From Hyaloraphidium curvatum SAG 235-1 (lineage: Eukaryota > Fungi > Monoblepharomycota), in assembly GCA_025558095.1 (NCBI GenBank), contig JAIVFI010000031.1, positions 124,001 through 188,000 on the forward strand: DNA of 64,000 nucleotides, written 5' to 3'. Numbering within the stretch: the first letter of the stretch is position 1; every line of letters begins with the position of its first letter. Below are positions 1 to 9,651 of this stretch, piece by piece. The notes under the pieces are model-generated. The model did no database searches. It saw only the letters and a list, made by a program, of their open reading frames with translations, and was not told where the DNA came from. The position numbers and the translations under genes were made by a program.

Positions 1-417
1 GTGCCAAAACCCAATGTTGACAGGACGTTCCATGCGCAGCAGGATGCTCCGACGGCTGGCTGACGTCAATTCGTGCGGAATGCGACGCAGCATGCGACGG
101 TCCGGAGCGGCTGGGGATCACGAGCTCCGAAGACCTGCAAAGTCGAGGCGACGATACAGATGCCGTTCCAAGTACCCTTCAAGAGCACGGGGGAATTCAC
201 AGTTGCAATTGCTGACGACTCACCGTGTCGATTTTCGGGCGGAGGTGTCCCTAGCTCGGGCCGGAATTTCGAGGATCCAGGGACGCAAAAACGTCGAAAC
301 TCATGCCAAGTGTCCCTCATCACGTCCTCAGCCCCCCGCTGCGCCCCTGTCGAAGAAACCCCACCTCGCAACAGCAGCCGCCTGCCGATAGTCGCTGCAG
401 GCACCCAACTCGTTAAC

Positions 418-1856
418 ATGGCGCCGACCTCGTTCCTCAGGCGGGCGCTGCTCGCCGCCGCCGCGTCCTTGGCCCTTGTCCCTGCTGCGGTAGGTCGCAC
501 CCCACGGCCCCTCGGCGGGCCGGCCGCGGGCATGCCATGCTCACCTTGCTTCTGGCAGAGCGCCTTCGTGGAGGGCACCTTCACCGCCGCCTCGGGCCCC
601 GCGGTCAACGCGACCACGGTGACCGTCGGCCTGTACGCCGCCAACGCCTACGAAATCCTCCCCAACTCCAACACCTTCTACTTCTCCGGCTACATGTGGC
701 TGCGCTGGCCGGCCACGCTCGAGAACGAGCCCGCGGCCTCGTTCGAAATTATCAACTCGGTCGACTCTTGGGGTCTAACACTGACGCCCATCTCGGAGAA
801 CGCCACGATCTTCTCCAACGGCGAGGCCGGCAAGCAGTTCAAAGTCCAAGGCCGCTTCTTCCAGCCGTTCCAGATGTCGTCTTACCCCCTGGACTCCCAA
901 ACCCTCGACATCGTCATCGAGGATACGGACATGACGGCCGACAAGATCTACTACGTCGCTGATCGCGAGATGTCGGGCAAGGACGTGAGCTTCCAGCTGC
1001 CCGGCTGGAAGATCACGGGCATGACGTTCGCCGAGCAACTCCACGAGTGGGTTCATCCCCCATCGGCGGCTCCCGCATGCGCTGATCAGCCTGTGATCCG
1101 CTAGCTACAAGACCAACTTCGGCGACCCGGACAACGCCAACGCCAACCTGTTCTCCGCCGTCAAGATCTCCATCGCAATCGAGCGGCAGGCACAGCTCTT
1201 TGCCTTCAAGCTCCTCATCCCGTGCGTTGCCGACCGCATGCCCCGTGATCTCTGCCTAACTCTGTTGCCGCCTGCGTCGTGTTCCATCCTTGCTCCCCCT
1301 GCACCCCCGCCCCGTAACCCATGCTCGGCTCTCTCGCTTCGAAAGCCTGATCCTGGTCCTGATCACCGGCTGGCTCGCCCTCGTCCTCAACCCCCGCTAC
1401 ATCGAAGTCCGCACCGCCATGTGCGCGACCGCCCTCCTCACCACGGTCTTCCTGCAACAATCCGCCTCGGACCCCTCCCAGACCACCAGCCTGACCATGA
1501 TGGACACCATCTTCATCGTCATCTACTGCGTCATAGTGATCACCTTTGCCCAGGTGATCTGGGACAACAATCGCATGAACAAGGTCATGCACCCCGGCGC
1601 GCACCACGGGCCCATGGCACCCACCGGCCTTATGGAAATCAAGACTGTCGACCGGAAGGCAGACGGCGAGGTTGAGGCCATCAAGAAGGACGTGGAAGCC
1701 GCCGTGAACGGGGCGCCGGCCGTGTCGGCGGCCGACGACGACTACTCGGAGCACCCCACCGTCAAGTCGATCCGCAAGTGGGACCTGATCTCGCTGGTCG
1801 TCCAGGTGATCGTGACCATCATCGTGATCACTGTTTTGGTCGTCACCTTGTCGTGA
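418..1856 (+). CDS. Cys-less (Pro-loop) pentameric ligand-gated ion channel, GLIC/ELIC-like
   Basis: Exons 418-1046, 1105-1221, 1346-1856 join in frame (introns GTGGGT..TAG, GTGCGT..AAG). Signal peptide; ECD motifs VTVGLY, TFYFSGYMWLRW, FQMSSYPLDSQTLDIVIE (Pro-loop), GWKI, IER; four TM helices incl. M2 EVRTAMCATALLTTVFL. Confidence 0.85.
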
Positions 1857-2088
1857 GAGGAGTGATGGAGGCGTCCGAGCGCGGAAAGGACACTTCGCGA
1901 GTGAACCATGCTTTGCGAACACTTATGCGTTATAATTTACGGAGATTATATGGGAAGGATAGTGCCGGGAAAGAAGAACGACATTGTACGTAGATATTCG
2001 GCCTGCGTATTGTAGAGGGCCGATGGCACGATGTAGCTGCAAAAGATGGATTCCCGTACCGTGCCGTTATACAAGAATTGCCCCCGCC

Positions 2089-3533
2089 TCACGACTGCTC
2101 GCTGTTGGCCTCCCAGTCCGCCAGCCGCAGCCCTTCCATAGACCCGAGCCCGCCGTCCTGCGGATCGCGCTCGATCAGCTCCAGCTCCACCTCAAACCTG
2201 CGAAACATGAAATCCATCAGCTTCCGAATACCCGGAGCACGCGAAGGGCAACCCACCCGTCGTACAGCTCCTGCTCCGCGACCCAGCACTGCTGTATCTC
2301 CACCTGCCGCAGCACCGCCTCCTCCTCGTGCTCCCGGCACGTCCCCAGCAGCGGCACGGCGAACGAGAGCCTCATCGTCCCGTCGGCATCCCACCGCCAG
2401 CCGTCGGCCCACGCCCAGTCGACCTTGTCCGCCCAGTCCGAGAGCGCCCGCCCGCGGCAGCCGCATTCGGCAGGGTACAGCCGGAGGACCAGTCTGCCGA
2501 CCGTCTCGAAGGCGCACATGACGTCGTATCGCAGGCGCTTCATCACCTCGCGGGTTTCCGCGGGGAGGCGGGAGAAGGAGGCCGTGTGCTGCAGGGAGGG
2601 GAGGGAGGAGACCACGCGCGCCCAGGCCTGGTAGCGCACCGTGGGGAGGCGGTAGCGCTCCGCGAGGAGGAGCATGGTGACAAAGTCGCCGTCGTAGGAG
2701 TAGTCCGAGACCTTGTCGTGCAAGTACTGGAAACACATTTCCAGGAGGCGGACCTGGTGCAGGCGGGGGAATCAGACATGCCCGACATCGCCGCAGAAAG
2801 CAACCCACGAAACCCTTCTTCCTGTACTCGGTGCTCCGCACGAAGCAGTCCTCCAGGTTCGTGGAGTTGATCACATCCGCCGGCTCGGCCCCCTTCAGGT
2901 ACTCCTCGCACTCGCGCGTGAGCTTGGGCGAGTCGTACCGGACGCTCAGTGCCATCAGGTCCAGCGCATTGTGGCTCGTAATCTGCGGCTGATCTGAGCT
3001 CGCCCTGCCCCGCGTCGGCGAGGAGCCTGGGTACATCCAGCGCAGGAGGGTGGCGAACCGCGCGGCGGTCTCGTCGGGCAGGTACAGGGGGGCGGTCAGG
3101 GTGGCGAGGGTATCGACGGAGCCGTCGGGGTTGCGGGGCTTGAGGGCGATGATGAGCTCCTCGAGCTTGCGGGAGTTGAGCATGAGGACGGCGCTGTGGA
3201 CCTTAAAGAGGGTCCGCTCGACGATTATGTCCTAAAAGAAGGGAGCCATTCAGCGGTTCCACCAGCACTATCCAGTCAAATGACACCCACGACGTCGCCC
3301 ATCGCGCTGTGGAACATCGGGTGCGGGGTGCATTCCAGCGGTGACGGCAGGTAGGCATCCTTCGCCTTATTGTCCCCGTGCTGCGGCGACGCCCGCGACA
3401 GCAGCCCCGAGCCGTGAGCCGACCGCGACGGCGGCGAGCCCCGCCCGTTCGGAGTGTGGTACCCGGCGTGCGCCGGACGGTCAGCCGCGTCGCCGTTGGC
3501 GGAGCCCGAGTAACTGGTGCCCGAGCGGGACAT
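2089..3533 (-). CDS. BTB/POZ domain protein (multi-exon)
   Basis: FKVHSAVLMLNSRKL...FATLLRWMYPG...LMALSVRYDSPKL BTB-like pattern; ORF pieces 3276-3533, 2089-3183 and 2217-2738 linked by short introns. Confidence 0.65.
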
Positions 3534-3988
3534 GTCCGTTTAGGGAGGGGAGAAAGGAGGCGCCAGGCCAGTGGGAAAGCAATAGGAGGAATTCCAGGCA
3601 GCGAATGCCGGCAGGCCCGGGCAGAAGCGTCCGCCGAGGCACCCCAAACTGGCGTGCGCGGCGGAGTGCCCGGGCAACTGGTGTGCGCCGAGAAGTCGGC
3701 CAACTCCAGAGTACTGCGGCGGCAGGTGCTGTGTCGGCTTTAGATGCCCCTAAATCATCGCAGTTGGGCCCTCAGAGGCCCGCAGGGAGCTCAGGGGAGG
3801 GTCATGTGAAGACGAGTCGCTCCCGTGCGTCTGCCCCAGCCCGCTTCCGTTCACAGCGGCCAGCTGGCCCAGCAAAAGGGACGCAAGTGCGGTGGACTCC
3901 GATTCTCTGTAAAAGCACTTTGGCTTCAAGGTCCAAGCTATTCGAGCATGGTCCGAGGGAGCCCGATCGGACAAGTGTCGCATGTCCT

Positions 3989-4672
3989 CTATCGCTTCCT
4001 GCTCCCCACCGATGCCTGATAGGCCTCACTGACGTCGCGCCGGCAATCCAGGTTGTTTTGCTTTCCGTCTGATCGGCCCGTCAGCTCCTTCCCTGGGGCG
4101 GAAACCGGCACGTTACCGCCGATCGACCCACGTCTTTGCTGGCCCTCTCCTTCCTCTGCCTGGCTGCCTCCCCCTTTCGCCTGACCGCCTCCTCCTTCTG
4201 CCTGGCCGCCTCCTCCGCCGCCGCCTTGGCCGCCTTGATCGCCGCGCGATCCCTCTTCCCGGGCTTGGGCTTCTTGATCTTGGGCTTGACGACGCCGGAC
4301 GCGGTCACCTTCCAGGGACGCGGGGCGGGTGCGTTGTTGAGAGGAGAATAAGGATAAGACTGTCGGAAAGACGGGACTGAATGAGCGGCGCTGCCTGGCC
4401 ATCCCGTTTCTAGGCCGTACCGTTTCGCCGTGGCTTCCAGCATGGTACGCGACCCCCTGCCCCACGAAGTCCTCCGATCCGCCCACTGACGCCCACGCCT
4501 GGTACTTTTCCGCACCCCAGTAGCCCTGCTGTCCGGACCACGGCGCGTACGCGGGGTCGAACGCCCAAGCTGCGCCGTGCGGCTCGGGCATGGCCCACTA
4601 CCCGTGCGGGCCGGGCGGGCCGCCGTTCCAGCCGCCGAAGGAGCCGTAGTGCGGCCAGGTTCCGCCGTTCAT
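3989..4672 (-). CDS. hypothetical protein, possibly pseudogenised (Gly/Trp/Pro-rich N-terminus, Lys/Ala-rich coiled coil)
   Basis: ATG at 4672 with an in-frame TAG near 4599; a downstream frame encodes VVKPKIKKPKPGKRDRAAIKAAKAAAEEAARQKEE; structure uncertain. Confidence 0.3.
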
Positions 4673-5358
4673 TTCGGGTCGTCGGGTCGTCGGGAGGAGG
4701 GCAGTCGAGTCACGATTCGTGGAGATGAGTGGGATCCGCGTCCCACCATCACTTGTTGCGACTCAAGGCGCTGGCGACCGCAGCGAGGCCTCAAAGACCA
4801 AGGAGAATTGTCGGACGAGCGTCGGCATCCACACATGGTTGGCAATTTGAATCTCTCCCATCAGTCTTGCCAAAGCGGGGCCGATCAAGGGTATAGCAGG
4901 TGGAAAACCCGGGACCCATCTGCTCGAGCTTTCAAGCGGAATGGCGCTCGGTCCGGTGATGCCGAAGCACTCGCTATCGGCGGAGTGCAAGCGAGAACGA
5001 CCGAGCGATTTCCATTTCGGATTCGCGTCCGTTTGGAGGCGACGGATTGCGCGGCGCAAAAGGGGCAGTTGACTGGACCCGTCGATCCCCCTCAACCCGC
5101 CCGCAACGCCATTACGGCATCCGCCAGACGCCCGCAACGATGGCACGCGGCGCGCGGCCGCTCCTCGCCCTCGGCCTGGCCGCGCTCCTCGGATGCGCAG
5201 CGGCCGGCTGCCCCGCGCCCGGCACGAAGCTTCTCCCCGCGTCCGATCCTCGGCCGCGGCCGGGGGTCCATCTTGGACACAACCGTTTACGGGCCGGGAT
5301 CGGGGAGGCGGCGGCTGCGGCGTTGGCTAAACTCCATGATGTCGCAAACCGAAAAGGT

Positions 5359-6325
5359 CTATTCCGGCAGGGTCTGCGAGAAATCCGAGCGCACGAGATC
5401 CGCGTCCCGGTCCGACCCCGTCCAGCGCTTCATCGCCTCCGCCGCCGCCATCCCGATCCTGTAGACTTGTCGCCGCCGACGCGCTCGTCAGCACGATCAC
5501 GGCAACCGGCCCCGGAGGCGGCGGACCCACGTTTGAGCTCCGTCTCGTCCAGGTAGTTCTTGAACCTGTCCTGCACCGCGTCCGAGGCGCCCAGGCCGCC
5601 GTACACGCGGGACTGGGTGTAGTCCATGATGAGCTGGGCGCGGGAGGCGAACGAGTCGACGAGGAGCTTGCTGAGGCTGCGCTCGTCGAGGCTGGTCCGC
5701 GGGCGGGGCCGTGAGACGGGCGGCGAAGTCGGGCCGCGAGAGACACCCACAGGCCAAAGACCTTCATCCCGAACTCGTAGAAATACGGGCACAGCTTGCG
5801 CAGCTCGACCGTGTTGGGGTTCGCCAGCAGGTCGTTCCTGCTCCGGCTGCTGAAGCACCGCGGCAGCTCCACGTCAACGTACTCGCTGTTCAGGGGGCAA
5901 GTGCCCGTTCAGCCCCAAGAACAAGTCAAAAGGACAGGCAAGGAACAGGCAACCCACTTCAGAGCCAGCTCCGAGGCCATCCAGAAGGGCAGCTCGATCC
6001 TGCTCCGCGCCGGCAGCTTCGCCCCCGTCAGCACCTCCCGAGGGCCCCGACACGCGCAAACCTACGCTCCCGCTTGCGTCCCCTCTTAAATGCCCGTATG
6101 TCGGCACGTCGTCGCGGAAGAAGCACGAGAGTTTCTGCGCAAGCGGTTCCGTGTCGGCCGTCCCGTCCCCTCGAGCCCCGACTGCGGCGGCCGACGGCGC
6201 ACCTGGTGGTCGGCCAGGATCGCGTCGAGGTCCCAGTACTCGCCGCCGCCGGCATGCGGCTCCTCGGGCTGCGCGGGGTCGCGCACGTGGTACCCGCCGT
6301 CGTGGCCGAGCGAGTCGTCCTCCAT
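5359..6325 (-). CDS. PSF3: GINS complex subunit Psf3
   Basis: YWDLDAILADHQ, RIELPFWMA, NDLLANPNTVELRKLCPYFYEFG, YLDETE motifs across several short introns. Confidence 0.85.
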
Positions 6326-6637
6326 CGGCGACGCGCGGCGGTCAATGCGGGGAGCGGGGAGAAAAGGGACGCGTCCCTCCGCGGTCTGCTGCCGGGGAAT
6401 AGGCGGGTTATCGGGGGGCTAGGAGGCCATGAGCGGGGGTGGATTTGAAACGGCGGTTGGAGGGGGTCGCCCGACAACAACTCAACACAGACCGCCCCGG
6501 GCCCCATCGCGCCCGTTCGGGCGGTCCAATCCACCCCTCTCCCATCTGTTCCCGTTCTTCCTCCTGCAAAAGCCCACCTCCGGGGCGGCAGCCCCTTTCC
6601 GCACGCCGCCCGTCTCCCCCCCCCCCCGCAACCGACC

Positions 6638-7296
6638 ATGGTCCGCAAGCTCAAGTACCACGAGCAGAAGCTCCTCAAGAAGGTCGACTTCCTGCAATGG
6701 AAGAGCGACCAGTCCCTCCGCGAGATAAAGGTCATGCGGCGGTACCACGTCCAGAAGCGGGAGGACTACGTCAAGTGGGCCGTCTTGCGCGATGTCTCTC
6801 GCACCTTCTGACCCGCCCGGCGGAAAAGGTACAACAAGCTCTGCGGGCAGATCCGCAAGCTCGCCAACCGCCTCTCCCTCCTGGACCCCCGCGACCCCTT
6901 CCGCGCGGCGCAGACCGACGCCCTCCTCAACAAGCTCTACGCCCAGGGCATCCTCACCGTCGACCGCACCCTGAGCCAGTGCGAAAAGGTCACCGTGTCG
7001 GCGTTCTGCAGGCGGAGGCTGCCGATCGTCATGGTGCGGCTCAAGATGTCGGAGACGGTCAGGGAGGCCGTGACGTTTGTGGAGCAGGGCCGTGGGTGGA
7101 CCTTCCCGGCCGTTTCGTTTTCTGGGCTCATTTGCTCGCGCGTTCAGACATCCGCGTCGGTCCGGAAGTCGTCACGGACCCCGCCTTCCTCGTCAGCAGG
7201 TCGATGGAGGACTTTGTGACCTGGGTCGACACCTCCAAGATCAAGAGGAAGATCCTGGCCTACGCCGACCGGCTGGACGACTACGACCTCATGTGA
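6638..7296 (+). CDS. IMP3: U3 snoRNP protein Imp3
   Basis: [22 protein letters not shown]...[17 protein letters not shown]...[35 protein letters not shown]; 2 introns. Confidence 0.95.
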
Positions 7297-7836
7297 TTCC
7301 CGGCTTGTACCCCCCCGACTGCGTCTCGCTGCGATGCCCAATATACCCGAGTACCAGGCGGGCGGGAGAGGCGGCCCGGGTGCTTGGAATGTCGCGCCCA
7401 GCGTATCCGCCGCCCCATCTCGAGCGGGGCGGGGATTAAAGAGGGCGCTTCTTGCCGAACAAAGACCGCTCTTTCTTGATGGCGTCCGCCATGCACCGTC
7501 CGATGCTCCTCGGTTGGCGTGGAAAGGCGCTGAACCGTTCGCGGTTCGAGGTCCGCGGCCCGGGGACGGGAAAAGGTCCACGGGGAAGCGCATCGCGCCG
7601 CTCGCGCGCTCGACGGCGTAGATTGTCGATCGAGGAAGTACATGCATAGAGCGGCAGACGACCGTTGCGGCTCGCAAGGCGGTCCGCACGTGAGATGGCC
7701 CGGCGCAAAATTGGGGCGCCACGCCGCCGCCGCAGTCAGCCGCGCGGAAACGGAAAGGATGCCGGTTCTGCCGGCATGTCGCCGCCGATAAACACCGAGC
7801 CTGCCGCGCAGCCATTCTAGAGCTCCCGGCTCCGCG

Positions 7837-9375
7837 ATGCCCGCCGACGGCGCTTCCCCCGTCGATGGGGAACCTCCCGCGCCCGACGGAGATTCGGGCG
7901 CCCCCGGCCCCGCAGCCCGGCCACCGGCCCCGGACAAGCCGGAGCCCGACCGGCAACACAGTGCCCTGCAGCTCTCTGTCCTCACGTGCGCCTTCGTGGG
8001 CGTGAACGTGCTCTGGAACTACATCATCCTCTTCGCGACCCCCTTCTTCATCTCGCTGGGCGTCTCCAAGCCCGTGGTGCCCCTCCTGTGGCTCGGCGCC
8101 CCGATTTCGGGCATCGTGGTGCAGCCCTGGATCGGCGCATTCTGCGACGAATCGACCTCCCGCTGGGGCCGGCGCCGCCCGGCCCTGGTCTGGTCCATGA
8201 TCCTCGCGCTGGCCTCGCTGGCCGCCATGGCCACCTCCCGCGCCATCTGGGCCGTCGCCGCGGCGTTCCAGCTGCTCAACGTGGCGGCAAACGGGGTCGA
8301 GGCGAGCTGCCGCGGGCTGGTGATGGACTCGATCTCGCCGGAGCAGCAGCCGGCCGCGTGGGCCTACGTGGGCATGGCGAGCAACGTCGGCACGCTGCTG
8401 ATTAGCGTGGCCGGCGGGATCGATTTTGTCTCGCTTGCGCCGGGGACCATGTCGCAGTTCCAGTGGATGACGGCGCTTTCTGGCCTCTTCCTGGTCGCGA
8501 CGGCCGTTGTCACTGTCTTTGCCGTCAAGGAGACGCCGTACCGCCCGCTGCGCCGCGTTCCGACATTCATGGCCGGGGAATCGGAGCCCCTGCTTTCACT
8601 GGCCCCCCTCCCCGAGCTCTCGTGGGGCTCGCACCTGCAACGCTCCTTCGTCAAGGCCTTCCGCTCCCTCGTGCTCCCCGTCCCGCCCATCCTCTCGCTC
8701 ATCAACACCGCCAGCTTCTGGGGCTGGGGCGCCGGCTCCCTCGTGAGCATGTTCGGCACGGCCTGGGTGCAGCTCCACGCGCCGGACCCGGACCTGGGCC
8801 TCCGCGTGGCCAGCCTCTCGAGCGTCGCCGGGACCCTCCTCGCGACCGTGTGCACCCTCACCGTGCCGCCGCTGGTGCGCCGCCTCCGCGTGCCGATGAA
8901 GTGGGCCTGGGTCGCGGGGAACCTCACCGGCGCGGCGCTGCTCGCCGCCGGCCCCGCGTTCGCGGGGGACATGTTCGCCTCGGCGGCGGTGCTCGCGAGC
9001 ACGGGGTTCTACTGGATGGCGCTGGTCTGGGTGCCCATGGCGCTGCTAGGCGAGTTCGTGAGCGCCAGGACGGCGAGGCCGGGGGAGGAGGAGGTGCTGG
9101 ACTACGACGCGGAGGAGGGTTCCATTGCGGACGTCGTGGACGGGGCGTCGACGAAAGAGCCCCCGGAGGAGCGGGTCACGGCCGGCGGCTCCATCGGCGT
9201 GCTCAACTTCTACCAATCCTTCCCCAACCTGCTCACGATCGCGCTCAGCACCGTTATTTTCGGCGTCGCCGATGACGGCGCGGATACCATGGCGGTCGTG
9301 GGCACGTCCTTGCAGGTCGGGGGGGCCATGGCGCTGATCTCTGCCTTCTATGCCGCACGGATACCCAACGAGTAG
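7837..9375 (+). CDS. MFS sucrose/alpha-glucoside transporter (SUT/SLC45-like)
   Basis: Intronless 512 aa with ~12 hydrophobic helices; WLGAPISGIVVQPWIGAFCDESTSRWGRRRP signature; GVLNFYQSFPNL. Confidence 0.85.
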   Translation: MPADGASPVDGEPPAPDGDSGAPGPAARPPAPDKPEPDRQHSALQLSVLTCAFVGVNVLWNYIILFATPFFISLGVSKPVVPLLWLGAPISGIVVQPWIGAFCDESTSRWGRRRPALVWSMILALASLAAMATSRAIWAVAAAFQLLNVAANGVEASCRGLVMDSISPEQQPAAWAYVGMASNVGTLLISVAGGIDFVSLAPGTMSQFQWMTALSGLFLVATAVVTVFAVKETPYRPLRRVPTFMAGESEPLLSLAPLPELSWGSHLQRSFVKAFRSLVLPVPPILSLINTASFWGWGAGSLVSMFGTAWVQLHAPDPDLGLRVASLSSVAGTLLATVCTLTVPPLVRRLRVPMKWAWVAGNLTGAALLAAGPAFAGDMFASAAVLASTGFYWMALVWVPMALLGEFVSARTARPGEEEVLDYDAEEGSIADVVDGASTKEPPEERVTAGGSIGVLNFYQSFPNLLTIALSTVIFGVADDGADTMAVVGTSLQVGGAMALISAFYAARIPNE

Positions 9376-9469
9376 ATAACTTGTTTCTAATGCGATGGTA
9401 GAGCTGGTTCATCACTGCGTCGTTCGACGAGCTGATCGAGGCCAGCGGCCAGCGGGCGAATGATGAGGC

Positions 9470-9650
9470 AGTGGACCTCGACGCGTCGAACTTCCGTCCA
9501 ATCTTCCCGGCCTCACCGCGCCGAATCCACCTCCGCTTCTCCTCTCTGGAGGGAGAGAGGTTGGTTAACTCCTCCGTGAATGCTCAGGACCCGAGAAAGC
9601 CCTGCCCGAGAGCAATCCACACTCACCCATTCAGGTTCACGCCGGGTCGT
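9470..9650 (-). ncRNA. candidate omega-RNA (Fanzor guide scaffold)
   Basis: Directly 3' of the RuvC stop codon. Nested stem at 9576-9620 (GTGGA-T-TGCTC/GAGCA-TTCAC enclosing CAGGGC/GTCCTG), perfect 7-bp hairpin CCTCTCT/AGAGAGG at 9541-9560, 12-bp palindrome TCGACGCGTCGA at 9478-9489. Boundaries are guesses. Confidence 0.4.
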
Positions 9651-9651
9651 T

